64,000 nucleotides of DNA from Gammaproteobacteria bacterium (lineage in GTDB: Bacteria > Pseudomonadota > Gammaproteobacteria > UBA4575): positions 258,482 through 322,481 of the forward strand of contig OZ243969.1 of the NCBI GenBank assembly GCA_965214675.1, read 5' to 3'. The notes below the pieces were generated by a model that searched no databases, had not been told where the DNA came from, and was given only the letters and a program-made list of their open reading frames with translations. Shown piece by piece: positions 33,634-44,282 of the stretch. A program made the position numbers and the translations under genes. The stretch's first letter is position 1; each line of letters begins with the position of its first letter.

Positions 33634-35139
33634 TCAGTGCCCGGAAGGATAGGCCTGTGAGAGCAGGTACTGCGTCAGCAGCGGGACGGGCCTGCCGGTA
33701 GCGCCTTTTTGCTTTCCCTGGCTGTGCCAGGCGACGCCCGCAATATCCAGGTGCGCCCAACGGTATTTTTCGGTAAACCGCGACAGGAAGCAGGCCGCCG
33801 TAATGGTTCCGGCCCAACGCCCCCCGATATTGGCCATGTCCGCAAAATTGCTGTCCAGCTGGGACTGGTAGTCATCCCACAGGGGCAGCCGCCAGGTCCG
33901 GTCCCCGGTGAGATCCCCGGCCCTGTACAAGTCCTCGACCAGCGGCTCGTCGTTGGACATCAGCCCGCAGGGGACATGACCCAGCGCTACGATGCACGCT
34001 CCAGTCAGGGTGGCAATGTCGATGACGGTTTCCGGATCAAATTTTTCAATGTAGGTCAGCGCATCGCACAGCACCAGTCGCCCCTCTGCATCCGTATTCA
34101 GGATCTCCACCGTTTGCCCGGACATGGTCGTGACGACATCACCCGGTCGACTGGCCTTGCCTCCCGGCATGTTTTCAGCACACGCAATCACACCGACCAC
34201 ATTCAGCGGGATGTTCATGGCACAGCAGGCCTTGAGCGTCCCAAGCACACTGCCGGCACCGCACATGTCAAATTTCATTTCATCCATGGCACTTCCGGGC
34301 TTCAATGAAATACCGCCCGTATCAAAGGTGATGCCCTTGCCGACCAGTACCGCCGGACGTGCATCAGACGGCCCGCCCTGGTACTCCATGGTGACCAGCT
34401 TGGCCGGTTGCACACTGCCATGGGATACGGACAGCAAGGCGCCCATACCCAGTTTTTCCATCTGCGGCTCTTCGAGGACCGTGACGCGCAGTTGCGGGTA
34501 CTCATCTTTCAGGGCAAGGGCCTGCTCCGCGAGATAGGCCGGGGTGCAGATATTGCCGGGCAGGTTGCCGAGGTCTTTTGTCAGATTCATTCCGGCCGCA
34601 ATGGCCTGGCCAAATTTCTTGCCCCGGCGCAGGGTGGCAAGCTCGCTCGACTGGTTTGCCAGAAACTTCATTTTCTTGAGCGAATGGCGGGCCTTGCCTG
34701 CCTTGGGTTTGGTATGCGTGTAGCGGTACATGGCCGCTTCACTCGACACTACGCTGGTCTGCACCCGGGTTTGCAAATCACACTGCTTGACCGGCATTTC
34801 AACGAGACTGTTGATGACCGTGCCGGCATTGCATTTCTTGGCCTCAACGATCCCCGCAGAGAGGGCTTTCTGGAAGGCATGCGCGCTGAAGTGCTCCTTC
34901 TCTCCGCATCCGACGACGATGATGTGTGCGTGTTTACTGCGATTTGAATTGTGCAGTGTCACCGCCTGGCCCAATGCGGATTTCGCAATGCCGCGCTGGC
35001 AGGCCTGGGTGATAGTGCCTCGGTAGAGTGTGTCGAGTTTGCGTGCGGAAGGACTCAGCTTTCTTGGATTGAACAAGCCGACAATAACGCAGTCGGCGGT
35101 TTCCTTGTCCAGGGCGGCGGTTTTGGCAATGTAATCCAT
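33634..35139 (-). CDS. pepA: leucyl aminopeptidase (cytosol aminopeptidase)
   Basis: 501 aa with the M17 signature NTDAEGRL. It is divergent from lptF as in E. coli. Confidence 0.94.
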   Translation of the reverse strand: MDYIAKTAALDKETADCVIVGLFNPRKLSPSARKLDTLYRGTITQACQRGIAKSALGQAVTLHNSNRSKHAHIIVVGCGEKEHFSAHAFQKALSAGIVEAKKCNAGTVINSLVEMPVKQCDLQTRVQTSVVSSEAAMYRYTHTKPKAGKARHSLKKMKFLANQSSELATLRRGKKFGQAIAAGMNLTKDLGNLPGNICTPAYLAEQALALKDEYPQLRVTVLEEPQMEKLGMGALLSVSHGSVQPAKLVTMEYQGGPSDARPAVLVGKGITFDTGGISLKPGSAMDEMKFDMCGAGSVLGTLKACCAMNIPLNVVGVIACAENMPGGKASRPGDVVTTMSGQTVEILNTDAEGRLVLCDALTYIEKFDPETVIDIATLTGACIVALGHVPCGLMSNDEPLVEDLYRAGDLTGDRTWRLPLWDDYQSQLDSNFADMANIGGRWAGTITAACFLSRFTEKYRWAHLDIAGVAWHSQGKQKGATGRPVPLLTQYLLSQAYPSGH

Positions 35140-35178
35140 GGATCTCCTCTATACTTGGCGATGGGATCTTCCCGTTAC

Positions 35179-35187
35179 TGCTAAAAT
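35179..35187 (+). promoter_or_regulatory. candidate extended -10 element (TGcTAAAAT) in the pepA/lptF divergent intergenic region
   Basis: A TGnTAnAAT-like motif lies about 48 bp upstream of the lptF start. There is no good -35 element at 17-bp spacing. Confidence 0.25.
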
Positions 35188-35234
35188 CATACTGGTTTTG
35201 GCACGCAAATGGGTAGACCTGAATCTCGAAACCT

Positions 35235-36314
35235 ATGGCTGTTTTCACACTCAATCGCTATTTTTCCCGTGAACTTGCCCTGACATTCGCTGCCGTCAGT
35301 GCGGTTTTGCTCACCGTGGTCATCAGCAAGTCCTTCATATCCCTGTTGACCAGGGTGATGGACGGAAAGATGTCTGCCGATGCCGTCCTGTCCATCCTGG
35401 GACTGGGGATTCTCGATGCAACGATTCTGCTCGCACCGTTTGCATTATTCGTTTCAGTCATGCTGGTGCTGGGCCGCCTGTACCGGGACAGCGAAATCTA
35501 TGCGATCAAGGCCAACGGGATCAGCGTACTGAGGCTGTTCCGCTATGCCGTCCTGTTTGTGTTGCCGGTGCTCGTGCTGCTGGCGTATGCCTCCCTGTTT
35601 CTCACTCCGCAGATCGCCCAGAAAATCGAGACCATCAAGCTGGAGGCCAAGGAGCGCACCAGCGTCATGGGACTGGTACCCGGTCAGTTCATCGAGGCGC
35701 GACAGGGGGACTGGGTGGTTTTCATAGAAGCCGCCGAACGCAAGTCCGGCACGGCGCGAAACATATTCATCTATGACCGGCGCGGCGACAGGGTATCGAT
35801 TGAAACTGCACGCAGCGTGCAGCAGGCCGAATCCCCCGAGGTGGAAGGCAAATCACTGGTCCTGACCCAGGGCCAGCGCTATGAAGGTATCCCGGGCAAG
35901 GGTAGCTTTACGGTACTGTCCTTCGACCGCCATATCGTGCGTATCCCTGAATTGAATGTTGCCCTGGACCGTGACGATCCTGAATTCATGACGGTGGCGC
36001 AGCTGATCGACTCGCACAGGACGCCGGATCAGGCTGAATTGCAATGGCGGCTGTCTATCCCGTTAGCGGCTCTGCTGCTGATACTTCTGGCCTTTCCACT
36101 GAGCGTAGTGCGCCCGCGACAGGGAAGATTTGCCAAGCTGGTCCTCGCCATCGTGATTTACCTGATCTATTCCAACCTGATGATCCTGGCCGAAACATGG
36201 GTGGCCAATGGCAGGCTGCCGACCATACCGGGTCTGTTCATCGTGCATGGCGCACTCGTAATCATGATCGCTGTACTTTTCTACCGGCAGGGTGCGTGGA
36301 GGTACAGGGCATGA
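35235..36314 (+). CDS. lptF: LPS export ABC transporter permease LptF
   Basis: 359 aa YjgP/YjgQ-family permease, first of a tandem pair and divergent from pepA. Confidence 0.88.
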   Translation: MAVFTLNRYFSRELALTFAAVSAVLLTVVISKSFISLLTRVMDGKMSADAVLSILGLGILDATILLAPFALFVSVMLVLGRLYRDSEIYAIKANGISVLRLFRYAVLFVLPVLVLLAYASLFLTPQIAQKIETIKLEAKERTSVMGLVPGQFIEARQGDWVVFIEAAERKSGTARNIFIYDRRGDRVSIETARSVQQAESPEVEGKSLVLTQGQRYEGIPGKGSFTVLSFDRHIVRIPELNVALDRDDPEFMTVAQLIDSHRTPDQAELQWRLSIPLAALLLILLAFPLSVVRPRQGRFAKLVLAIVIYLIYSNLMILAETWVANGRLPTIPGLFIVHGALVIMIAVLFYRQGAWRYRA

Positions 36315-37390
36315 AGCTGATCCGCCAGTTTGACGGGTATCTTGCGCGGACCGTTTTTGCCAGTACATTGCTGGCCTTTGGCATTCTTTTTTCAGTGGAT
36401 TCGACCATAGACCTGATCAATGACCTGGAATCGATCGGCAAACGCGGGTTCGGTGTCCGCCATGTGCTGCTGATGTTGTTGCTGGGCATGCCGCAGCGCC
36501 TGTACGACCTGATGCCTGCATCCTTGTTGTTGGGGGCATTGCTGGGTCTTGGACATCTGGCTGCACGCAACGAACTGGAAGCATTGCGCTCGGTAGGCAT
36601 CGGGCGGATCCGGATCCTTGGGTCGGTGCTGACCGTGGGGGCCGTGCTGGTCGCCGTCAGCATGGTGGTCGGGGAGGCCGTCGCCCCCACCACCGAGGGA
36701 TATCTGCGCAGCCTGAACAAGACCAGTGACCTGCACAAGGTGTCCATACGCTCGCGCCATGGACTCTGGACCCGTGAAGGGCATCGCTTTATCAACATCA
36801 AACAGATCTTCACGGACTATCGCATCACGGATGTCTGGGTGTATGAAATGGATGAGCAACACCGGCTCAAGCGGGTGAGCTTTGCGAAATCCGCAGTGTT
36901 TGAAGAGGACATCTGGAGATTGTCTCAGGTCCGCCACAGCCTGATTACAGAGCACGGGGTACAGACGTCATCCTCGGATGAGGAATACTGGCCACGACTG
37001 ATCACCCCGGAGCTGTTCGATGTTGTCACCGTCAAGCCCGAACACATGTCCGCTGCCAACCTCGGAACGTATATCGATTACCTGGAGGATAACGGGCTGA
37101 ACTCGCAACGTTACCAGCTGGCCTACTACAACCGGTTTGCCGTGCCGCTTTCGGGACTGGCGATGCTGTTGCTGGCGGTGCCGTTCGTATTTCGCCCTGT
37201 GCGCTCCGGAGGACAGGGCCAGCGCATGGCCCTTGGCATCGGTATTGCCGTGGCCTACAACCTGCTGAGCCGCATGCTGGGGAATGCCAGTGTTGTGTAC
37301 GGTGTGCCGGCGCTTCTGGGTGCATTCTTTCCGGTATTGCTGGTGCTCGTGATCACGTATGTGGTCTACCGGAGAATGCTCTGGGTTTAA
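36311..37390 (+). CDS. lptG: LPS export ABC transporter permease LptG
   Basis: N-terminus MKLIRQFDGYLARTVF, YjgP/YjgQ family, with a 4-bp ATGA overlap with lptF. The ORF is open from 36044, but the family start aligns to ATG 36311. Confidence 0.88.
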   Translation: MKLIRQFDGYLARTVFASTLLAFGILFSVDSTIDLINDLESIGKRGFGVRHVLLMLLLGMPQRLYDLMPASLLLGALLGLGHLAARNELEALRSVGIGRIRILGSVLTVGAVLVAVSMVVGEAVAPTTEGYLRSLNKTSDLHKVSIRSRHGLWTREGHRFINIKQIFTDYRITDVWVYEMDEQHRLKRVSFAKSAVFEEDIWRLSQVRHSLITEHGVQTSSSDEEYWPRLITPELFDVVTVKPEHMSAANLGTYIDYLEDNGLNSQRYQLAYYNRFAVPLSGLAMLLLAVPFVFRPVRSGGQGQRMALGIGIAVAYNLLSRMLGNASVVYGVPALLGAFFPVLLVLVITYVVYRRMLWV

Positions 37391-37815
37391 AGGCGCACCA
37401 GCCGCGTCTTCGATACGATATCGTGCCAGGTGCGCGATTGCGCATCGAACAGCACCCAGAAATACCCCAGTCCCAGGGGGAGCCAGGAGATGATGGCCAC
37501 TGTGAATCGCACAAGGGCAGTCTTCCAGCTGACCTGCGCACCATCGGTTCCGACCACCTTGAATTTCCAGCTTCGCATTCCCAGCGTCTGTCCACCGTGG
37601 GTCCAGCACCAGGCAAAAAAGATAAACGAGAGTACCAGCAGGTATCCCTGGTACACGATAAACAGGGAATGTCCGGGATGGATTTTGAACGGGATCACGA
37701 CTGCAAATGAGGCGAAGTAAAGAAACGTGAACAGCAACAGGAAATCGTACAGGATGGCGGCAAAATGACGCACGAGTGAAACCGGATGACCGTTTGATGA
37801 AAGCGCCTCGCCCAT
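37387..37815 (-). CDS. RDD-family membrane protein
   Basis: 142 aa with three TM segments and the R..D..D arrangement (RHFAAILYDFLLL ... WHDIVSKTRLVRL). Confidence 0.7.
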   Translation of the reverse strand: MGEALSSNGHPVSLVRHFAAILYDFLLLFTFLYFASFAVVIPFKIHPGHSLFIVYQGYLLVLSFIFFAWCWTHGGQTLGMRSWKFKVVGTDGAQVSWKTALVRFTVAIISWLPLGLGYFWVLFDAQSRTWHDIVSKTRLVRL

Positions 37816-38068
37816 GTGGAGAGTATAGAATACCTGCCAGTTGATTATGCGATTTGAAGTTCATACACTGCCTGAAGCCGGACCGCAAAGGTGTGGACGT
37901 GGACGAAGGGGTGAAACGGGAGCAGCGTATGCTTGGGCCAGTCAGCATCAGCTTTGGACATGCAGGTATGTATTCCCCTGGCTGCAACCATTTTCCACTT
38001 ATCCTGAATGACTGTGCCCCCCGAATCCCGTGCGCGCTGCACGCCGGCGGGCGACCAGGCCCCAGGGT

Positions 38069-38974
38069 ATGAGCGACTCCGCTTCGGACCTTTCCGAGAT
38101 CGAGGCTTTCCTGGACAGTCTGTGGGTGGAGCATGGACTGAGTGAGAATACGCTTCGCGCCTACCGCAATGACCTGGTCGGTCTGTCGCGCTGGCTATCT
38201 CGTACTGCTCCCGGCATCACGCAGGCACACCGGGAACACCTGCTCGACTACCTGTCGTACCGTGTGCAGCAAGGCAGCAAACCCCGTTCTTCTGCACGGC
38301 TGTTGTCCAGCATCCGGCGCTTCTACCGCTACCTTGTACGACAGGGCACGGTTCAAAATGACCCCTCTGCACAGATCGAGTATCCCAAGTTGGGGCGCGC
38401 ACTCCCCGGGACACTGACAAAAGAGGAAGTGGAGCAGTTACTGGGCGCCCCCGATACCCGGACCGCCCACGGAGTGCGGGACCGGGCCATGCTGGAAGTG
38501 CTGTATGCCTGTGGGCTTCGCGTCAGCGAACTGGTCGGCCTGACGCTGTATCAGGTCAACCTCAACCAGGGGGTCATCCGCGTACTGGGCAAGGGCAGCA
38601 AGGAGCGCCTGATCCCCTTTGGGGAGCAGGCCGGCGAGTGGGTGAGCGAGTACGCCAAGGGTGCCCGCGCAGACCTGCTGAAATCCGGGCATCAGTGCGA
38701 TGCCCTGTTCGTGACCAATCGCGGCTCGGCCATGACACGTCAGGCGTTCTGGTATGTGGTTCGAAAATATGCGATCAAGGTCGGCATCGACAAGCATCTT
38801 TCGCCGCACACCCTGCGTCATGCCTTTGCAACGCACCTGCTCAATCACGGGGCAGATTTGCGGGTGGTACAGATGCTGCTGGGCCACAGTGACCTCTCTA
38901 CCACGCAGATTTATACCCATGTCGCCCAGGCGAGGCTGCAGGAATTGCACCGCAAGCATCACCCGCGTGGATGA
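38069..38974 (+). CDS. xerD: site-specific tyrosine recombinase XerD
   Basis: The N-terminus reads LSENTLRAYRNDL, and the C-terminal catalytic region is HTLRHAFATHLLNHGADLRVVQMLLGHSDLSTTQIYTHV. xerD-dsbC adjacency is as in E. coli. Confidence 0.9.
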   Translation: MSDSASDLSEIEAFLDSLWVEHGLSENTLRAYRNDLVGLSRWLSRTAPGITQAHREHLLDYLSYRVQQGSKPRSSARLLSSIRRFYRYLVRQGTVQNDPSAQIEYPKLGRALPGTLTKEEVEQLLGAPDTRTAHGVRDRAMLEVLYACGLRVSELVGLTLYQVNLNQGVIRVLGKGSKERLIPFGEQAGEWVSEYAKGARADLLKSGHQCDALFVTNRGSAMTRQAFWYVVRKYAIKVGIDKHLSPHTLRHAFATHLLNHGADLRVVQMLLGHSDLSTTQIYTHVAQARLQELHRKHHPRG

Positions 38975-39066
38975 GGGCGGTCCGGGCTTGCAGGAATTAA
39001 TTTTTACCGTGGCAGTCTCACGTGGTGTACTATCCCGAACCTTGTAGTCAGCAGCACGGAGTCATC

Positions 39067-39801
39067 ATGCGCAGCCCAATCCTTCTAGTTCTCACCTTGA
39101 TCATTTGCGCAGGTCCTGTCTTTGCGGGGCAAGCCGAGGACATTGCAACGATCGAACAACGGTTGCAACAGTTGGTGCCCGGCGAACCCTCCTCGATCCG
39201 GCCTGCAGCAGCACCCGGGTTCTATGAAGTGATGTACGGAACCGAGCTGCTGTACGTATCCGGCGATGGCCGTTACGCAATCCAGGGGGAGCTGATCAAT
39301 CTGGATACCGGGCAAAACCTTGCAGAGGCCGCACGCGCCATCGTTCGTAAAGGTCTGATAGAGGCCACGGATGAGGCCCAGATGCTTGTGTATTCCCCGG
39401 AGAAGCCACGCCATACCCTGACGGTATTTACCGATATTGACTGCGGATATTGCCGCAGGATGCATTCGGAAATGGCGGAGCTGCATGACCATGGCATTGC
39501 CATCCGCTACCTGATGTTTCCAAGGAGCGGACTGGATACACCCTCGTACGATAAAGCGGTCAACGTGTGGTGTGCCGAGGACCCGCTGATATCGCTGACC
39601 CAGGCCAAGGCGGGCAAGGAGATTCCGCAGGCCGATTGCGATCATCCGGTCGATTCGCAATGGCAGCTCGGAAAGCAGGTGGGAGTGACCGGTACTCCGG
39701 CGATCCTCACCGAAGACGGCTTGATGATCCGGGGCTACCAGCCGCCTGGCGAACTCGCTGCGACACTGGATGCGATCGCCAAGAAAAACACCGCTCCTTG
39801 A
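39067..39801 (+). CDS. dsbC: thiol:disulfide interchange protein DsbC
   Basis: Signal peptide, dimerisation domain and thioredoxin domain with CGYC (TDIDCGYCRRMH). Confidence 0.88.
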   Translation: MRSPILLVLTLIICAGPVFAGQAEDIATIEQRLQQLVPGEPSSIRPAAAPGFYEVMYGTELLYVSGDGRYAIQGELINLDTGQNLAEAARAIVRKGLIEATDEAQMLVYSPEKPRHTLTVFTDIDCGYCRRMHSEMAELHDHGIAIRYLMFPRSGLDTPSYDKAVNVWCAEDPLISLTQAKAGKEIPQADCDHPVDSQWQLGKQVGVTGTPAILTEDGLMIRGYQPPGELAATLDAIAKKNTAP

Positions 39802-40047
39802 ACGGGAAACAGGGCTTGCTGGATGCGCAGGACAGCCGTGCCGGACACAGGTGAAACGCAAGGCAGGCCGAAAATTTGATAACGCGCAAATACGTGCAGG
39901 ATTTCCTTCCCCCATCGATTTGATTTCTTTGGCCCTGGTTCGTATCACAATTTGCCGGGCGCATCGGTCCCGGTTTAGCATGGCCAGAATTCCAGACAAA
40001 GCCGTTTGCCATAGGTTAATAGAAGTCATGACCCGCAGGATTGCCTC

Positions 40048-41976
40048 ATGAGCAGCCGATATGATGCCTCGGGAATCGAGGTGCTGAGCGGTCTTGACCC
40101 GGTACGCAAGCATCCCGGGATGTACACGGACATCGCGCGTCCGAATCACCTGGCCCATGAGCTGATCGACAACAGTGTCGATGAAGCCATCTCCGGCCAT
40201 GCCGGGCGCATTGATATCACCTTGTATGAAGACGGGTCACTGGAGGTCGCCGATGACGGGCGCGGCATGCCGGTGGACATGCATCCGAAGCTCAAGTTGC
40301 CGGGTGTGGAAGTGGTGTTGTCGACCCTGCACGCAGGCGGCAAGTTCTCTGACAAGAACTACACGTTTTCAGGCGGCCTGCATGGCGTCGGTGTATCCGT
40401 CGTCAATGCCCTGTCCAAGCACATGGAGGTTTGGGTGCGCAGGGAAGGCAAGGAATACAACATGGCGTTCAAGGGCGGCAAAAAAATTTCCGATCTGGAA
40501 GTCACCGGCACTGTCGGCAAGAAAAATACCGGCACAACCATCCGTTTCTGGCCAGATGCGGGGTATTTCGAAACCTGCAAGTTTTCCATTCCCAAGCTTT
40601 TGCATGTCATGCGTGCAAAGGCCGTGCTGTTTTCCGGTCTCACGGTCCGCTTCGATGACCAGCTGAACGGCGACCAGTATGAGTGGTGTTATCAGGGTGG
40701 TATCCGCGACTACCTGCTTGATTCGGTGAAGGGATTCGAATGCATACCGGCCAATGCGTTTTGCGGGAATTTCGAGGGCGGACAGCAGGCCGCGGACTGG
40801 GCGCTTGCCTGGATCGAGGACGGTCGCGAGGGTGTGCAGGAGAGCTATGCCAACCTGGTGCCGACACCGCAGGGCGGAACGCATGTGTCCGGCCTTCGTT
40901 CCGGTCTGACGGAAGCACTGCGCGAATTCTGTGAATTCAGGAAATTACTGCCACGGGGAATCCGTCTGGCTCCGGACGATGTCTGGGAGAAGCTTTCCTA
41001 CGTTCTTTCGGTGCGAATCCATGATCCCCAGTTTGCAGGCCAGACCAAGGAGCGCCTGAGTTCGCGCGAGACGACCCTGTTTGTTTCCGGAGTGGCGAAG
41101 GACTCATTCAGTCACTGGCTGAGCCAGAATGCCACTGCCGGTGAGCAGATTGCCCGGCTTGCCATTCAACATGCCGAGGCCCGTATCAGGCGCGGCAAGA
41201 AGGTGGTGCGAAAGAAGGTGCTGACCGGTCCGACACTGCCGGGGAAGCTCATTGACTGCAACTCCGAAGATCTGCTGCGCACGGAATTGTTTCTGGTAGA
41301 AGGGGATTCCGCAGGAGGATCGGCCAAGCAGGCAAGGGATCGGGACTTCCAGGCCGTCATGCCCCTGCGCGGTAAAATTCTGAATACCTGGGAGGTGGCC
41401 TCCGAGCAAGTGCTGGCCTCACAGGAAATCCATGACATCTCGGTTGCCATTGGTGTTGAGCCGGGCAGCGACAATATCGAGCGCCTGCGGTACGGAAAAA
41501 TCTGCGTGCTTGCAGATGCCGATCCGGACGGACTGCATATCGCAACGCTACTGTCCGCGCTTTTTTTGCAGCATTTTCAAAAACTTGTGGAAAAAGGCCA
41601 TGTCTACATCGCCATGCCGCCCCTGTACCGCATCGATGCCGGCAAGGATGTGTTCTATGTGCTCGATCAGGAAGAGTGCCAGGGCGTGCTGGACCAGCTC
41701 AAGGCGGAAGACAAGGCCGGCAATGCCACGATCACGCGCTTCAAGGGTCTCGGGGAAATGAATCCCATGCAGCTTCGCGAATCCACCATGGCCGTGGACA
41801 GCCGCCGCCTGATGCAGTTGTCCCTGGTCAACCCGGACAAGACCTTTAAGTCCATGGACCGGCTGCTGGCCAAGAAGCGTGCCGCGGACCGTCGCAGCTG
41901 GCTGGAGAAAAAGGGTAATCTCGTCAAGGATCAGAGTCTTCGCCAGAGTCCTGAACAGTTTCTCGAGAAGACCTAG
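40048..41976 (+). CDS. parE: DNA topoisomerase IV subunit B
   Basis: 642 aa with a GHKL ATPase N-terminus (GLDPVRKHPGMYTD) and a Toprim domain (EGDSAGGSAKQ). Called parE rather than gyrB because it has the shorter, insert-free length and is paired with parC. Confidence 0.88.
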   Translation: MSSRYDASGIEVLSGLDPVRKHPGMYTDIARPNHLAHELIDNSVDEAISGHAGRIDITLYEDGSLEVADDGRGMPVDMHPKLKLPGVEVVLSTLHAGGKFSDKNYTFSGGLHGVGVSVVNALSKHMEVWVRREGKEYNMAFKGGKKISDLEVTGTVGKKNTGTTIRFWPDAGYFETCKFSIPKLLHVMRAKAVLFSGLTVRFDDQLNGDQYEWCYQGGIRDYLLDSVKGFECIPANAFCGNFEGGQQAADWALAWIEDGREGVQESYANLVPTPQGGTHVSGLRSGLTEALREFCEFRKLLPRGIRLAPDDVWEKLSYVLSVRIHDPQFAGQTKERLSSRETTLFVSGVAKDSFSHWLSQNATAGEQIARLAIQHAEARIRRGKKVVRKKVLTGPTLPGKLIDCNSEDLLRTELFLVEGDSAGGSAKQARDRDFQAVMPLRGKILNTWEVASEQVLASQEIHDISVAIGVEPGSDNIERLRYGKICVLADADPDGLHIATLLSALFLQHFQKLVEKGHVYIAMPPLYRIDAGKDVFYVLDQEECQGVLDQLKAEDKAGNATITRFKGLGEMNPMQLRESTMAVDSRRLMQLSLVNPDKTFKSMDRLLAKKRAADRRSWLEKKGNLVKDQSLRQSPEQFLEKT

Positions 41977-41983
41977 TTGACCC

Positions 41984-44239
41984 ATGGGCAGTAATCTGGA
42001 GATGGATTTCGACAGCAACCCGACGTTGCTCATCCAGGAGTTTGCCGAGAAGGCCTACCTGGAATACTCGATGTACGCCATCCTGGACCGCGCCTTGCCC
42101 CACATCGGCGACGGACTGAAACCGGTGCAGCGGCGGATCGTGTACGCCATGTCCGAGCTTGGCCTGTCTGCGGGATCAAAGCCCAAGAAATCGGCACGCA
42201 CGGTCGGTGATGTCATCGGCAAATTCCACCCGCATGGGGACAGTGCGTGCTATGAAGCGATGGTGCTGATGGCCCAGGAGTTCTCCTACCGCTACCCCCT
42301 GATCGACGGCCAGGGCAACTGGGGCTCCACCGACGATCCGAAATCCTTCGCGGCCATGCGCTATACCGAATCGCGATTGACCCGTTATGCCAAGGCATTG
42401 CTGGCGGAACTGGGCCAGGGTACTACGCAGTGGCAGGCGAATTTTGATGCCACCCTGTCCGAGCCGGTCGTGCTCCCGGCACGTTTGCCCAACGTATTGC
42501 TCAATGGTGGTGCGGGTATTGCAGTCGGCATGTCGACGGACATTCCGCCTCACAACCTCAATGAAGTGGTGGATGCCTGTGTGCACCTGCTGGAACACCC
42601 CAAGGCCGCGGTCGCAGACCTGTGCCAGCATGTCCTGGGTCCGGATTATCCGACCGGCGCGGAAATCATTTCTGCACAGGAAGAAATCCGGAATCTGTAT
42701 GAGACGGGTACAGGTTCGGTTCGCATGCGTGCAGAGTATGAAGTCGAGAACAGGAATATAGTCATTACCTCGTTGCCACACCAGGTGTCCGGGGCCAAGG
42801 TGCTGGAGCAGATCGCGCAGCAGATCCAGGCCAAGAAACTGCCGCTGGTACAGAACCTGCGTGATGACTCCGATTACGAAAACCCGGTGCGGATCGTGAT
42901 CACGCCGCGCAGTCACCGTACCGATACCGAGACGCTCATGTCACACCTGTTTGCAACCACGGACCTGGAGCGCAACTACCGCGTGAACCTGAACATGATC
43001 GGCACCGATGGCAGGCCGCGCATCAAGAATCTGCGCGAGTTGCTCAAAGAGTGGCTCAACTACAGAACCCGGACCGTGAAGGCCAGGTTGCAGTGGCGTC
43101 TGGACAAGGTCGACACCCGATTGCACATCCTGGACGGTTTGCTGACCGTATATCTGGACCTCGACGAAGTCATTCGAATCATACGCGAAGAGGAGGAAGT
43201 GAAGAGGACGCTGATGAAGGCCTTCGGTCTCAGTGAGGAGCAGGTGGAAGCCATTTTGAATGTGCGTCTTCGCAATCTGGCAAAACTCGAGGAAGAAAAA
43301 CTGAAATCCGAACAGCAGGAGCTCAAGGACGAGCGTGGGGAATTGCAGTCCCTGCTGAAATCCTCCAGGCGTCTGAAAACGCTGATCAAAAAGGAACTGT
43401 GTGAGGATGCCGGCGAATTTGGAGATCCAAGGCGCAGTACCCTGATCGAGCGTGCCGCATCGAATCCGCTGGATGAGTCCGCCCTGATTCCTGCAGAGCG
43501 GGTCACCGTGGTGCTGTCGCAAAAAGGCTGGATACGTGCAGCAAAAGGGGTCGATGTCGATGTCCACAGCCTGAGTTATCGCACCGGAGATGCGTATCAG
43601 GCCCATGTCCTCGGCAAGTCCAATCAACGGGTGCTGTTTGTCGACCTGGAGGGCCGCTGCTATGCGCTGCCGGCACACAGCCTGCCTTCTGCACGCAGCC
43701 AGGGTGAGCCCCTGAGCGGACATTTCAAAACGCCCGACGGGGCACAGTTCGCAGGCCTGATGACGGGCACGGAAGAAGACCTTTTCCTGATGGCGAGCAG
43801 TGCCGGATACGGGTTTGTCTGCAAGTTCTCGGACATGACGGCGCGCAGCCGCTCGGGCAAGGCCGTGCTGTCCGTGCCACAGGATGCCATGGCACTGGCC
43901 CCGGTCAGGGTGCGCGATGCCGAGCACGACCGCGTGGTGGCCATCAGTTCACAGGGGCGCATGCTGGTCATCCCCGTGGCGGAGCTTCCGGTATTGTCAA
44001 AAGGCCGGGGCAACAAGGTCATTGATGTGCGCCATGGAATATCCGACAAGGAGGAATCCATGTGCGCGGTGGCCGTGGTCCAGGATACGGAATCCATCAC
44101 CCTGCATGCAGGACAGCGCATCAAGAGGATGGGCAGACAGGAAATCGATACCTATGCCGGTGCGCGTGCCAAGCGCGGTACACTGCTTTCAAAGGGCTAT
44201 CGCAGCATCGATGCAATTGAGGTACATTTTAAAGATTAG
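41984..44239 (+). CDS. parC: DNA topoisomerase IV subunit A
   Basis: 751 aa. The N-terminus reads [29 protein letters not shown], with the catalytic Tyr region (AAMRYTE). Confidence 0.9.
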   Translation: MGSNLEMDFDSNPTLLIQEFAEKAYLEYSMYAILDRALPHIGDGLKPVQRRIVYAMSELGLSAGSKPKKSARTVGDVIGKFHPHGDSACYEAMVLMAQEFSYRYPLIDGQGNWGSTDDPKSFAAMRYTESRLTRYAKALLAELGQGTTQWQANFDATLSEPVVLPARLPNVLLNGGAGIAVGMSTDIPPHNLNEVVDACVHLLEHPKAAVADLCQHVLGPDYPTGAEIISAQEEIRNLYETGTGSVRMRAEYEVENRNIVITSLPHQVSGAKVLEQIAQQIQAKKLPLVQNLRDDSDYENPVRIVITPRSHRTDTETLMSHLFATTDLERNYRVNLNMIGTDGRPRIKNLRELLKEWLNYRTRTVKARLQWRLDKVDTRLHILDGLLTVYLDLDEVIRIIREEEEVKRTLMKAFGLSEEQVEAILNVRLRNLAKLEEEKLKSEQQELKDERGELQSLLKSSRRLKTLIKKELCEDAGEFGDPRRSTLIERAASNPLDESALIPAERVTVVLSQKGWIRAAKGVDVDVHSLSYRTGDAYQAHVLGKSNQRVLFVDLEGRCYALPAHSLPSARSQGEPLSGHFKTPDGAQFAGLMTGTEEDLFLMASSAGYGFVCKFSDMTARSRSGKAVLSVPQDAMALAPVRVRDAEHDRVVAISSQGRMLVIPVAELPVLSKGRGNKVIDVRHGISDKEESMCAVAVVQDTESITLHAGQRIKRMGRQEIDTYAGARAKRGTLLSKGYRSIDAIEVHFKD

Positions 44240-44282
44240 GTGCCGGGCTGCCTTGTGTTGAAAGGGTTGAGGGTTTTCTGAG

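Noticed and set aside
37816-38068. Possible dif (XerCD) site upstream of xerD
   Set aside because: I found no 28-bp dif-like imperfect palindrome (GGTGCGCATAATGTATATTATGTTAAAT-like) in the gap. dif is normally near the terminus, not beside xerD.
36968-38134. 388-aa minus-strand ORF antisense to lptG, overlapping the RDD gene out of frame, and reaching the xerD 5' end
   Set aside because: It is out of frame with the RDD protein and antisense to lptG, with no domain signature. The real genes on both strands already explain the region.
39085-40200. 371-aa minus-strand ORF spanning dsbC (antisense), the dsbC-parE gap and the parE 5' end
   Set aside because: It is entirely antisense to two confidently assigned genes. 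It has no recognisable motif and its composition is typical of GC-driven spurious ORFs.
42941-43927. 328-aa minus-strand ORF inside parC; 18852-19565 (237 aa) inside dnaE; 19704-20588 (294 aa) inside accA; 13390-14142 and 14343-15179 inside gnnB/gnnA
   Set aside because: All are antisense to well-supported genes and lack motifs. Long antisense ORFs are expected at about 58% GC.
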